Origin: a virus
Lineage: Duplodnaviria; Caudoviricetes
IMG/VR virus record: IMGVR_UViG_3300011008_002712
Reading direction: 5' to 3' (one strand)
Length of the DNA: 64,000 nucleotides
Below the pieces are notes generated by a model. The model had not been told where the DNA came from. It saw only the letters and a program-made list of their open reading frames with translations, and made no database searches. Positions 1-9,996 of the stretch are shown piece by piece (the first letter of the stretch is position 1; every line of letters starts with the position of its first letter). The position numbers and the translations under genes were made by a program.

Positions 1-88
1 AACGCAATAGATTTTGTGAATCTCTTATATTTTCTAACATTAATTATTAAAAATGTAATAGAATAAAATAAAAGAAAGGAAATGAAAC

Positions 89-448
89 ATGAACAAAGAA
101 GAACTGAATCAAAAAATTTCAACATTAATTGAAAGTTACATTAAAGATAATACTCCAGAACCAAAGATTGTAGAAAAGCCAGTTGAAAAAGTTGTAGAAA
201 AAGTAATCACCGTTCCAAATGATAAAATAATTTTATCTGCTGATATTTTTAGCAAGATTATCAACATTATTTCTTTTGCAGAAAATCAAAATCTCATCGA
301 TTCTTTCTTAGAAGATATTTATGCTGACGTAAAAAAGAATAGGACGTCATTGTCTAAAGCTCAAAAAGAAAAACCAAAAAGATATGAACGTCCAAGGCAA
401 CAATATCAAACAATATTTGATATACTGAATAATAGATATGGTGAATGA
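89..448 (+). CDS. hypothetical protein with EKPVEKVVEKV low-complexity linker
   Basis: 119-aa ORF, SD-like aaagga upstream. Confidence 0.7.
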   Translation: MNKEELNQKISTLIESYIKDNTPEPKIVEKPVEKVVEKVITVPNDKIILSADIFSKIINIISFAENQNLIDSFLEDIYADVKKNRTSLSKAQKEKPKRYERPRQQYQTIFDILNNRYGE

Positions 449-602
449 TATTCCATACGAAAAGCAATTTGAATATCTTCTAAATAAAAGACAACTAAGA
501 GAACTCGAAGAACAAATATTGCAATTAGATTTTACAAAAAGAAATTTGAATAAACTTAAAAAATTATTTATTAAATGGCATGTAAAAAAGGGAGTCGGTT
601 GA
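438..602 (+). CDS. small hypothetical protein (54 aa, MVNDIPYEKQFEYLL...)
   Basis: ORF read manually, overlaps previous stop and fills the gap in a + strand operon. Confidence 0.5.
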   Translation: MVNDIPYEKQFEYLLNKRQLRELEEQILQLDFTKRNLNKLKKLFIKWHVKKGVG

Positions 603-628
603 CTCCCTATTAATTTGAAGGTGATAAG

Positions 629-955
629 ATGAAATTTACAGAGCACACTAAACTTGTTTTAGACAATACATGTACAGTGTTATGGAATCATGAGGACAAT
701 CAAGTATCTTCTCTGCCAACAAAAATTATCAATGGAGAAACATATTACTTATTGGCAGAAAATGATTCTGTCAAGGTTCTAGAAGGAGCAAATTATAAAG
801 ATGGGGATAAGTTGTATCTAAAAGATGGATGCAAGAATGAAATTATAAAAGAAGATTTTGATCATTGGAGAGCAATGGCTAAAACATTTGTTTTTAATGG
901 CGAAGATAAATATATATATCAAAGAAGTAACAACTACTATGTCAGGTGTTGGTAA
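629..955 (+). CDS. hypothetical protein
   Basis: 108-aa ORF with gaaggtg SD. Confidence 0.7.
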   Translation: MKFTEHTKLVLDNTCTVLWNHEDNQVSSLPTKIINGETYYLLAENDSVKVLEGANYKDGDKLYLKDGCKNEIIKEDFDHWRAMAKTFVFNGEDKYIYQRSNNYYVRCW

Positions 956-1392
956 TGATAAAATTATATTTGATTGTTGTTTTAATTGGTCTTGTGTATT
1001 CTTGTATATCGATGCAATTTGGCAAAATTGATAAAAATAAAGTCGAAAGTTTAAATAACAAAATAGCATTTTTATTAAAGAAACATGATAAAAATTTAAT
1101 AACAAAATGTATAGCGCTTTGTGTTTCCATTCAGTTGCTTATCATTATTTTTAATTACATCTTATTTTCAGAAGTAATAACGTTGTCATATGTTATGATA
1201 GTTGGATGTTTGTCTATCATTTCTCATGTTTATCTTATAATTCGCTCCATTAACATTTTCAATAAATGCATAAATAGATATAAGAGACCATTTTCTGTCT
1301 TTGTAACATGTTTATACAGAAACCCATCTATAGCTTCTAACATCATTTTTGTAGATACATTTATAGTATTTTACACGTTATTGCATATATAA
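946..1392 (+). CDS. hypothetical membrane protein
   Basis: 3-4 hydrophobic segments. Confidence 0.6.
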   Translation: MLVMIKLYLIVVLIGLVYSCISMQFGKIDKNKVESLNNKIAFLLKKHDKNLITKCIALCVSIQLLIIIFNYILFSEVITLSYVMIVGCLSIISHVYLIIRSINIFNKCINRYKRPFSVFVTCLYRNPSIASNIIFVDTFIVFYTLLHI

Positions 1393-1393
1393 A

Positions 1394-1424
1394 AAGAGTG
1401 GCTTGTTGCCACTCTTATTTTTTT
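1394..1424. terminator. bidirectional intrinsic terminator
   Basis: aagagtggc-ttgtt-gccactctt hairpin between convergent genes, A/T tracts on both sides. Confidence 0.75.
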
Positions 1425-2263
1425 GATGCAGCTCTGAAATATGCAGGATCTACGCCTTCCATCTGGCACCAGACTCTAATTTGTCTTGGTTGTGGATAAC
1501 CATTATTTCTGATTCTATATAAATCTATTTGTTTACGAACTCTTTCAATTGCTTCCATTTCTGGATCGTTTTCATCTATATCTTCAGTTACTGGTTCGTG
1601 AGTAGTTTTTAATTTAACACCAGAAAATGACTTAAATTTAATATCTACAGATTCTATTGCTTCTAATCCGTTACCAGATTGTTTTTCCCATTTATAAAAA
1701 TCAGCCATACGTTTAGAAATTTGTGTGCAGCAATGATTCTTTGTTGAATTATATGCTTCATCTAAAGCTTTAGCAAGTTCTTCTGTAATAGTTCCAGTAT
1801 TAAGTTCCATCTTAAAATGAACTTTTAGTTCGTTATTATATATACTAGATTCGTCTATAGTGGAAAGAAATGCTGTAGTACGATTAAAAATGTTTTTGCT
1901 GTAGTTTTTGCCATTACGAGAAAGGCTCTTAAAAACATTATCAGCAATATTTTGTACTACTACGTTTGTTACAGTATCTGTAATTTCTTCTTGGAAAGAA
2001 GCATTATTCATATTATCGATTTGCTTTGATAAAATTTTTATCATTTTATCTGCTTGTTCTTTCAGGTTAGGATCTGAAAAATCTGCTAAACCGCCAGAAG
2101 CCAGTTTTGCATTCACATCAAATGTTACATCATATTCTATGATAGCTTCATCTTTTGTGTTTTTAAAATCATCTCCACGATATCTAAATGGCTTATAATA
2201 TGGTTGATCTCCAGCAAATTTATAACGTATTCTACGTCTAATTAAATTCATATTACATCTCAC
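1415..2263 (-). CDS. hypothetical protein with basic N-terminal leader (RRRIRYKFAG), possible virion-internal protein
   Basis: 282-aa ORF; likely start MNLIRRR behind aaggtgag SD. Confidence 0.7.
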   Translation of the reverse strand: MRCNMNLIRRRIRYKFAGDQPYYKPFRYRGDDFKNTKDEAIIEYDVTFDVNAKLASGGLADFSDPNLKEQADKMIKILSKQIDNMNNASFQEEITDTVTNVVVQNIADNVFKSLSRNGKNYSKNIFNRTTAFLSTIDESSIYNNELKVHFKMELNTGTITEELAKALDEAYNSTKNHCCTQISKRMADFYKWEKQSGNGLEAIESVDIKFKSFSGVKLKTTHEPVTEDIDENDPEMEAIERVRKQIDLYRIRNNGYPQPRQIRVWCQMEGVDPAYFRAASKK

Positions 2264-2392
2264 CTTGTTTATTTAAATTGCTATTCTAATTTTAATATAA
2301 ACAAACACTGATGTGATATAACTTAAATTGTAAACCAAATTTTATAATTTAAAAAAAAATAAAGGAAGAATTTCTTCCTTTATCTATATTGT

Positions 2393-3271
2393 TTATTTAT
2401 CTACTTCTACATGAGCATTTCCATTATGATATGTAATTTTTACTTTATGATTTTTTTGTTCTTCAAAAAGACCTTTCATATGATAAAAAAATGACATAAT
2501 ATCTTGATTAATAAAATTTCTTAATGCTTTGTCTTTAATATAAAATCTTTTCTCTGTCCTACCAGTAACATGAATACCATCTCTTGACATTTGTTTCAAC
2601 GCAATATTCCAAGCTTGTAATTGCAAAAATAAATCATTTAATACTGGCAACTTTACTTGTTCTTTTGCCCAGCAGAAGTAAATAAGTGCTATTTTCTTTA
2701 TGTTTAAATCATAACAATTTTGAAAATGATAAGCAACTTTGCCAGGAGAAACATAATAAAAATCTTCATTTGGATATAAATTTGGATTATCTTTTAATTC
2801 AATGTTATACTTTTTGCATATATTTGAAATACATTTTTCCGTATTTGTTTTATACAATTCGCCAATTGTTTCTAATCCATAATTTTCTATATCGAATAGT
2901 GTACAATCTTTATCTTCATCTGGGATTTTATCAACTAAAACAAATTGGCATATTGTACCTTGCCCACTCATACAATGAATACAAAAAATATCGTTTTTGA
3001 ATTTAATGTAAGAATAACCACCAAATTCATGACGCTTAACTTGATTCGCGTTTGAACATATTCCGTATAAATAGAAACAAAAATCCATAAATTGGGTAAG
3101 CGCCATAACAGAAGATAAGCAATCGTATTGATCTTGGTTATATCGAATTTTTTCAGAATCTATAGCATTATTGAATATTGCATTGTCTTTGATTAGTCTA
3201 ACAATTTTTTCGATATTATTAAAATAATTATCTTTTTCTTCGTTTTGTTTTTTTTCTTTCATTCGTTTCAC
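2393..3271 (-). CDS. hypothetical protein
   Basis: 292-aa ORF, gaggtg SD. Confidence 0.75.
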   Translation of the reverse strand: MKRMKEKKQNEEKDNYFNNIEKIVRLIKDNAIFNNAIDSEKIRYNQDQYDCLSSVMALTQFMDFCFYLYGICSNANQVKRHEFGGYSYIKFKNDIFCIHCMSGQGTICQFVLVDKIPDEDKDCTLFDIENYGLETIGELYKTNTEKCISNICKKYNIELKDNPNLYPNEDFYYVSPGKVAYHFQNCYDLNIKKIALIYFCWAKEQVKLPVLNDLFLQLQAWNIALKQMSRDGIHVTGRTEKRFYIKDKALRNFINQDIMSFFYHMKGLFEEQKNHKVKITYHNGNAHVEVDK

Positions 3272-3329
3272 CTCTATTGATTTATTTTATTACAAAAATG
3301 AAGTGAAATTAATGATTAGGTAAAAAATG

Positions 3330-3848
3330 CTACAGCCCTTGTTGTTTAATAAAAAAATTACTATCTCTATCAGCAAACTTTGTAAAATAATCAAAAAATG
3401 GATTGTCTTTTTTTATAACATCAATGATTTGACATATCAAATCAATAGGAATTGAATACATAAGAACATGCATATATTGTTGCGAAGAATATTTTTCAAG
3501 TAATTTGTGTTCATATAATTTATGCACTTCATTTTTTATATCATTATTGATGACAACATCAAAGAAAGAAATAAAAGTTTTTTTAATCAAAATTTGTGCT
3601 CCTAATGAATAAAGATAAAAATTTTTATATCCTAAATTTTCTCTTTTACTTGGGCAATAGCTGATTCTAAATCTAATAAAATTATCCATTACTTTGCATA
3701 ATCTAACGCAATCAACATCATTCATATCTGGTTCATTCAATAAATTTTCATAATAAGTATCATAAGATCCATCATAATAAATAGGATATTCAAATAATTT
3801 ATCTAATTCATTTAAAATCATACTTTTTCTATCTATTTTTTTAATCAT
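3330..3848 (-). CDS. hypothetical protein, C-terminal GL-tag family (FIKQQGL)
   Basis: 172-aa ORF, gagga SD. Confidence 0.7.
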   Translation of the reverse strand: MIKKIDRKSMILNELDKLFEYPIYYDGSYDTYYENLLNEPDMNDVDCVRLCKVMDNFIRFRISYCPSKRENLGYKNFYLYSLGAQILIKKTFISFFDVVINNDIKNEVHKLYEHKLLEKYSSQQYMHVLMYSIPIDLICQIIDVIKKDNPFFDYFTKFADRDSNFFIKQQGL

Positions 3849-3962
3849 CTAGCGTATCCTCTAAAAAATTTTATCATTTCAATAAAGCAAATTCTTTTAT
3901 TTAATTATAACATATAACAACGTGAAAATACACAACGTATAAAAAATTCAACATAAAAGTTA

Positions 3963-3991
3963 TTTACATCAGTGTTTTTTTTTGATAAAAT
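3963..3991 (+). promoter_or_regulatory. sigma-A-type promoter of lysR-like gene
   Basis: TTTACA-N17-TAAAAT with TG extension. Confidence 0.6.
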
Positions 3992-4012
3992 TAGACATAT
4001 GAAGGGAGATAT

Positions 4013-4801
4013 GTGAACATGGAGTTTAGACAAATCAAATATTTTTATTATGTTTGTAAATACATGAATTTCACTACAGCTGCAAAAGAAATAGGGATAT
4101 CGCAACCAAATCTTACAACACAAATAAAACATCTTGAAAAAGAATTACATGTTCAGTTGTTTAATAGAACAAAACCATTGGCTTTAACAAACGGTGGAGA
4201 AATTCTGTATAAATATTCCGGTAAAATATTTGATAATGTCTTAAATATAGAACGTGAAATTAATGATTTGCTCAATCAGAAAAAATGCATTAAAATTGGA
4301 GTACCAAATTTATTGCATCCTTATTTTTGCAATTATTTTTACTCAGATAATTTTCAAGGTTTTTTCTTTGAACTATTTGAAGATAAAACTAATAATCTGA
4401 TTAAAAAATTAAATAGTGGAGAATTAGATTTTTGTATATCTCCAGCAGTTAAAAATTACAAAAAAATAAAATTAAGAAAATGTTTATTTAAAAAATATTC
4501 GAAAAGCAAATCTGTTTCAGACGATGTTTTTTCTAAAGTCGTTATTCCATGTGATACCGTATATTCATATTATATAGAAAACAGCAATTTATCTTTTATG
4601 CCAGATGTTCGTACTGACAATTTGATGAGCATAAAATATCTTTTAGATAAAAATTATGTAGCATATCTTCCGGACATGATAGATTTAGATTGTTATGTAT
4701 CTGTTCTTGATGATCATATTCCAATAGAAATAAACCTGCTTTATAAAGAAGAATACTATATGAATCATTCTATTCGAAAATTTTTAGAAAGGATAAAATA
4801 A
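4013..4801 (+). CDS. LysR-family transcriptional regulator
   Basis: N-terminal LysR wHTH (FRQIKYF...NFTTAAKEIGISQPNLTTQIKHLEKELHVQLFNR...LTNGGEILY) plus substrate-binding domain (LNSGELDFCI). Confidence 0.92.
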   Translation: MNMEFRQIKYFYYVCKYMNFTTAAKEIGISQPNLTTQIKHLEKELHVQLFNRTKPLALTNGGEILYKYSGKIFDNVLNIEREINDLLNQKKCIKIGVPNLLHPYFCNYFYSDNFQGFFFELFEDKTNNLIKKLNSGELDFCISPAVKNYKKIKLRKCLFKKYSKSKSVSDDVFSKVVIPCDTVYSYYIENSNLSFMPDVRTDNLMSIKYLLDKNYVAYLPDMIDLDCYVSVLDDHIPIEINLLYKEEYYMNHSIRKFLERIK

Positions 4802-5439
4802 TGTTTGAAGAATATAGAAAAATAAACGAAGATGCATTAAATCAATTACTTTCTATTAATTACAGCAAACCAAATTACACATTTGATAATTTTTCTAAAA
4901 AGCAATATTTGAAATGTATTCCAGAAGATTTATTTACAGACAAGCCAATTGACGGATTTGACGATAATCATTTTAAGTTGATGAACAAACATTTTTTTGT
5001 AAAGCCATATTGGAAGTGGATTAAAAAATTATCTAAGATATTAGAAAACAAATACACTGTGGAAATTTGTGCTGGAACTGGAATGCTGACACTTGCATTA
5101 GAATCTCTTGGAATAGACATCAGAGCTGTTGACAACAATAAAAGAAAATTGCCTCAGATTACAGAAATTATTTTTGATGATGCAGAACATCATTTACAAT
5201 ATAATAAATATGACGTCATGATATGTTGTTGGCCAGAAATGGACAATAGTTTTTATAAATCGTGTAACAATTTTTTAGAAAAAAATCCAGAAGGAGAAAT
5301 TATTTATTGCGGCGAATGGGAAGGTGGATGCACAGCGAATGATAATTTTTTTGAAAATTATAATTTAATGGATTTAGACATTGGATATACTAGTTGTTTT
5401 GGATTACATGACAATTTTTTTCTTGCATATAAGAAATAA
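4801..5439 (+). CDS. class I SAM-dependent methyltransferase-like protein
   Basis: motif I VEICAGTGML, acidic AVD, ICCWP and YCGEWEGGCTA motifs. Confidence 0.75.
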   Translation: MFEEYRKINEDALNQLLSINYSKPNYTFDNFSKKQYLKCIPEDLFTDKPIDGFDDNHFKLMNKHFFVKPYWKWIKKLSKILENKYTVEICAGTGMLTLALESLGIDIRAVDNNKRKLPQITEIIFDDAEHHLQYNKYDVMICCWPEMDNSFYKSCNNFLEKNPEGEIIYCGEWEGGCTANDNFFENYNLMDLDIGYTSCFGLHDNFFLAYKK

Positions 5440-5443
5440 AAAA

Positions 5444-5465
5444 TGCTCACTAAATAAGGTGAGCA
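5444..5465. terminator. bidirectional terminator
   Basis: tgctcac-taaataag-gtgagca hairpin between convergent genes. Confidence 0.6.
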
Positions 5466-5468
5466 CTT

Positions 5469-6104
5469 TTAACATAAGTTTCTATCTAACTCATTTTGCA
5501 TTTGCATATCTAATCCACATTTTAGCTCTGTCACGGCAATTTTATATTCGTTGTTAAAATTGTCGCATAATATGCCATTTTCAATCATATCTTTTATAAA
5601 TTGATCAATTGTTAGATTATTTTTTGTAAATGTCCAATAAATTGGATTTAGATATGTAATTAATGTTTTTTCATCGATGTGATCCATATTGTTGATTCTA
5701 TTATTTATTCTATTTCTGTGTTTATTAAACATAAAGTATATAAAATAATCTGAATCAGCAAGCATGATGTTTAGTATTTGTTTCTCAAAACTCTTAAAAA
5801 TAAAACCAAAACGATTCATTACATATTGCCTATATGCTTTCGATTCATTACTATATTCAATGAATAATATTTCTGGAGAAGCCATATTTTTTAAACGCTC
5901 GTATAAATTTGCATATATAAAATGTGTATGTGTATAAAACGAATTATCAATGTGCGTGAAATGCTTTAGAAAACAGTAATGGATATGTTTCTTTATTTCT
6001 AATTTGAAATTTAATAGGAAACAAACAAAGCGAATTTCTTCTTTATCAGTAATTAGATATGATTCGTTAAACATAGATGACATCCTTTTTTTACATTTCT
6101 TCAA
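5469..6104 (-). CDS. hypothetical protein
   Basis: 211-aa ORF (start may be MFNESY). Confidence 0.65.
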   Translation of the reverse strand: MKKCKKRMSSMFNESYLITDKEEIRFVCFLLNFKLEIKKHIHYCFLKHFTHIDNSFYTHTHFIYANLYERLKNMASPEILFIEYSNESKAYRQYVMNRFGFIFKSFEKQILNIMLADSDYFIYFMFNKHRNRINNRINNMDHIDEKTLITYLNPIYWTFTKNNLTIDQFIKDMIENGILCDNFNNEYKIAVTELKCGLDMQMQNELDRNLC

Positions 6105-7134
6105 AATCTAATGCAACATTAAGTTTTGTTAGTTCTGTGGAATGTTCATTCATTTCTATCTTCATTTTTATAAACATGTCTCTTGCATTTTGAAGTTCAC
6201 CATTATCAATGTATTCATTAAATTTCTTTATTTGATTTTTAATTCTATCTGGAAATTCTTGTGAGCCTAAAATTTGCACAATAATGTCATCTATACTCAA
6301 TCCATAACAATCACAATAATGACCATTCATTCCAATGCAATTAGCATGCGTTGATGATAAAATGATTGGAGAATGTGTGGTTACTATGAATTGCACATTT
6401 GGAAAATATTTGGATAAAACATCTAAAAGTTTTAATTACCATCTAGCGTGAACAAAAGTTTCAATATTGTCAATTAAAACAATCCCCGGAACTTCATTGA
6501 ATTTTTGATTATAGAAATTAGCAATTTGCATTTGAGTAGCTATAGCAACAAATAAATTCATTAATTTGCGTCTTCCAGCATTTAAATACCTAGCGCCACA
6601 AATATCATCGTTATTTATATAAACGACTTCCAATTGATAATCATCACATACGATTTTGCAATTTTCAAATTCATTCATAAATTTTGTCAACAAATTCAAA
6701 ACCTTCCTATATTCGCATAGATCTCTATTCTCTATATGAGAATAAAAATAATTGAATATAGGATTTATGCCACCAAAATCAGGATTCGGTTTGTTGTCTA
6801 TCATTGTAGATGCTGTATGATTAAATTTGAACATCGTCCACTCATATTCTTTATCAAGAAATGCATTGCAAGTAATTTCTGGCCAAAAAATATCTTTGAC
6901 GTATGTTTCTTTTTCTTTTCTATATTGAAAATGAGCGTCTGTTGGAGCAAAACGAATATGAGGCATGTCTGGGATAGAAATGTTGCTCCCATTCATAGCA
7001 ATAATAATAGAATGCAATAAATTGCTTTTACCTGATCCAGAATCTCCATAAATTATGTTTATACCTTGTTCAAACTTATAACTTTTTTCCTTGAAATTTC
7101 TAAAATTATTAAGTTTAATTTCCTTGATATACAT
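6091..7134 (-). pseudogene. ABC/SMC-like AAA ATPase (PtuA-like) interrupted by one in-frame TAA
   Basis: MYIKEIKLNNFRNF start, Walker A GDSGSGKS, GIVLIDNIETFVHARW*LKLLDVLSKYFPNVQFIVTTHSP continuous in frame across the TAA at 6436-6438. Confidence 0.8.
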
Positions 7135-7222
7135 AACATTCTCCTTATTTGCGAAATTTCAACATATCTGTTATATTAATTATAAAACAAATTGTTTGCT
7201 ATTTACATAAAAATTTGTTATT

Positions 7223-7783
7223 CTAATTCCACAAATCGAAAAAATATCTTTCTAGCAGTCTCCATGCTTTCCTAATTTTTAATTCATCGTTGTTGTTTTG
7301 ATTTTTCATTATTTCAAAGCCAGTAATAATATCATCTAAAATGTATTCGTCTGGTATATATCCTCCATTCCCGTCTGGCCATCCTCCAGATGTGTTTTTT
7401 AATTTTTTGAATCGTGGAATTAGAAAATCCAGAATCTTGCTTTCGAGATTCCATATTTCACTATTATCAAATCCATCTTCACGTCTTTGCTTTATAAAAT
7501 AGGTTTGCCTGTCTACATCATTTTGACATATAATGAGATATGTTTTTTCTGTCAATTTATGCTCATCATTTTCTATTTTATTCCATGCTTCTAATATATG
7601 AAAATCATTTTCTTTGATATCGTCTTGAATTATTTTTTTGATTTTATTCAAATCTAAATATTCATTGCAGCTTGCTTCCCAAGACATGTCATAACTAAAA
7701 GATTGAGTTACAATGAAATTTTTATTAAAAAGAATTAACTTATCTCCAATCTTCATTTGTAATAATCTCCTTATCATAAACAA
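7223..7783 (-). CDS. hypothetical phage protein
   Basis: 186-aa ORF (likely start MKIGDK behind aaggag). Confidence 0.7.
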   Translation of the reverse strand: MFMIRRLLQMKIGDKLILFNKNFIVTQSFSYDMSWEASCNEYLDLNKIKKIIQDDIKENDFHILEAWNKIENDEHKLTEKTYLIICQNDVDRQTYFIKQRREDGFDNSEIWNLESKILDFLIPRFKKLKNTSGGWPDGNGGYIPDEYILDDIITGFEIMKNQNNNDELKIRKAWRLLERYFFDLWN

Positions 7784-7871
7784 ATCAACTAAAATTAATC
7801 TAGTATAAAACTATAAAATGTGTACATGCAAATTTAAAAATTCTAACGAATTATATCGTGATGGTGTTGTT

Positions 7872-8111
7872 ATGAATAATTACGATGTTTTACTAGGGCA
7901 AATTTGGAATACTGGAGAAAAAATTATTACTATAAAAGGCGATGATGTAGAAGTAAGATATTTTGTTCAACAAGATTTTGTAAAAGGACATATAAAATCT
8001 CATAAAATTAGTTGTCAATATATTCCAGCTTTAATTTATATAAAAAATCAAGACATATTAGATGTCTTTACGCTAATCAAACATTTTGCAGTACTATATG
8101 GAGGGCTATAA
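7872..8111 (+). CDS. hypothetical protein, C-terminal GL-tag family (AVLYGGL)
   Basis: ORF 7818-8111, probable start MNNYDV. Confidence 0.6.
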   Translation: MNNYDVLLGQIWNTGEKIITIKGDDVEVRYFVQQDFVKGHIKSHKISCQYIPALIYIKNQDILDVFTLIKHFAVLYGGL

Positions 8112-8113
8112 TC

Positions 8114-8314
8114 ATGATTTCATATGATAATTCTTACATGGTATGTGATGGATGTGGGAAAACATTCACCTTGTTTAACAATGATTTAGTTATAACATAC
8201 AGAAATGGAGAACCTTTACACTTATGCAAAGATTGTATTACAAATAATGATAACGCAATGTGGACAACTAACACAAAAAAGTTTACAAATACAAATATGT
8301 GTGATAAAATTTAA
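8114..8314 (+). CDS. small zinc-finger protein (CDGC...CKDC)
   Basis: start MISYDN behind ggaggg SD; two CxxC pairs. Confidence 0.6.
   Translation: MISYDNSYMVCDGCGKTFTLFNNDLVITYRNGEPLHLCKDCITNNDNAMWTTNTKKFTNTNMCDKI
8282..8310 (+). promoter_or_regulatory. sigma-A-type promoter
   Basis: TTTACA-N17-TAAAAT with TG. Confidence 0.6.
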
Positions 8315-8329
8315 TAAGGATATAGAAAA

Positions 8330-8788
8330 ATGAAAAGATTAATAAAAAAATCGCAATCTCAAACAACTGGTACTGTTGTTGTGTGGGAAGAAATAGAAGA
8401 CTTTATTTCAAACAGTAAGTATAAGGATTTATTAGATACAACCAAATATAAAAGAAATTTTAATGGTAAAAATGCAACAATAGGTGTTTTTGGCATTGTA
8501 AAAAATTCAAATCCATTGCAATTAGTAGTTGTAGATATATATGAATTTGTTAATATTCAAACTAATGAATATATTTGCGCTATAGAAGTAGGAGAAATTA
8601 AAATCAAAGACATAGACAAAAAAAATTTTGACATTATCATGGTTGATGATGGAATTTTTGGTCTTTATATTGAAGAAAAATCAATGGCTGAAATTATTAA
8701 TGACGGGAATTTTCATGAAATTATATTGTCATTTGAAGATAAAAATTTATTTAAAGACAAAGTATACGTTGATTATTTTGGATTATAG
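8330..8788 (+). CDS. hypothetical protein carrying both an N-terminal MKRLIKKS leader and a C-terminal GL tag (YVDYFGL)
   Basis: 152-aa ORF, aagga SD. Confidence 0.75.
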   Translation: MKRLIKKSQSQTTGTVVVWEEIEDFISNSKYKDLLDTTKYKRNFNGKNATIGVFGIVKNSNPLQLVVVDIYEFVNIQTNEYICAIEVGEIKIKDIDKKNFDIIMVDDGIFGLYIEEKSMAEIINDGNFHEIILSFEDKNLFKDKVYVDYFGL

Positions 8789-8797
8789 GAGAAAATT

Positions 8798-9376
8798 ATG
8801 ACACCTCAGGAGACAAAAAAATCAATTGATGAAAAGTACAAAATGTATAACGAACTTTATCATGAATTCATTCCATTTTTAAGAGACAATGTGTATTCAT
8901 TGATTAAAGATGATCAATGGCTTGTTCTTTTTTCTCCACAAAAAAGAGTAAAAAATGATAATTTGGAAGAAATAAGAAGAGGCGGAATGAATTTCATAGC
9001 TAATAACAGACGCAAAGGCAATCAATTTCCTGTTCGCATTTCATGTGAAGCTTGGAAATACGAAGATGAAAATTACATAAAGAAAAACGATGAAGTAGTA
9101 GTAGAATGTAGAATCAATTTTACAGACAACAAAACATATTGGGATTTATCAACAAATAGCAAATATGATTATTTGTGGAATTTTTATCTAGAAGAAAAAA
9201 GATACTTTGAAATAAAGCAGCTTTTGCAGGATATGCTATTGTTGTTTTCAATCGATCCAGAAGAACAACAATACTACCCGAGGGCATTTAATCGCCATTT
9301 CAATAGACCAATTTGGGAAATTACATTGGAAGAATTAAGACAAGCAAATCACAACAAAACGATAGTATTAAAATAG
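8798..9376 (+). CDS. hypothetical protein, paralog of 9398-9985
   Basis: shared WL.F.PQK and FNRPIWEITLEELRQA motifs. Confidence 0.8.
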   Translation: MTPQETKKSIDEKYKMYNELYHEFIPFLRDNVYSLIKDDQWLVLFSPQKRVKNDNLEEIRRGGMNFIANNRRKGNQFPVRISCEAWKYEDENYIKKNDEVVVECRINFTDNKTYWDLSTNSKYDYLWNFYLEEKRYFEIKQLLQDMLLLFSIDPEEQQYYPRAFNRHFNRPIWEITLEELRQANHNKTIVLK

Positions 9377-9397
9377 GAAAATCAAAAAGGAGAAAAA

Positions 9398-9985
9398 ATG
9401 GTTTACAATCGTGCTTTTTATCTCAAAAAAGAAGATGACATAATTTATAAAAAGAAGAATGAATTTTATCACGAAATAATGCAATTACTAAGTCAGTTAT
9501 ACAACAATCTTAATGAACATGAATGGTTAATATTTGTTGCTCCTCAAAAAACTTCCATAAATTTTAATTCAACTGAAGAACAACGAAAAAGAGGATTAAA
9601 TATTCCTATGAACATTAAACATTCAAAATATTTGAATAGAAGAATTGATGGCATTATGCTGTTAGATAGTGAAACGTATAAAAAGAAAAATAATGAAATC
9701 ACTATAAAATGTATTATGGAATTGACAGATTTGAAGAAGAATTATTTTTTACTAAATGATGATGTATATTACGATCAATGTTTGACTCTTTTTTTTGACA
9801 AACGATATTATTTCGGAATGACGTTGTTGTTTTCTAGCATTTTGATGTGCTTTGCTTTTGGAGAAAATGAACAAAAATATTGTGCCGAATGTTTTGAGCC
9901 ATATTTCAATAGACCAATTTGGGAAATTACATTGGAAGAGCTAAGACAAGCTATTCATGATAAAAAAACCATAACATTTAAGTAA
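9398..9985 (+). CDS. hypothetical protein, paralog of 8798-9376
   Basis: shared motifs as above. Confidence 0.8.
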   Translation: MVYNRAFYLKKEDDIIYKKKNEFYHEIMQLLSQLYNNLNEHEWLIFVAPQKTSINFNSTEEQRKRGLNIPMNIKHSKYLNRRIDGIMLLDSETYKKKNNEITIKCIMELTDLKKNYFLLNDDVYYDQCLTLFFDKRYYFGMTLLFSSILMCFAFGENEQKYCAECFEPYFNRPIWEITLEELRQAIHDKKTITFK

Positions 9986-9996
9986 GGAGATAAAAA

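Noticed and set aside
1908-2198. ORF ending RYLNGL as a GL-tag member
   Set aside because: Antisense shadow of gene 1415-2263 and lacks I/V at -6.
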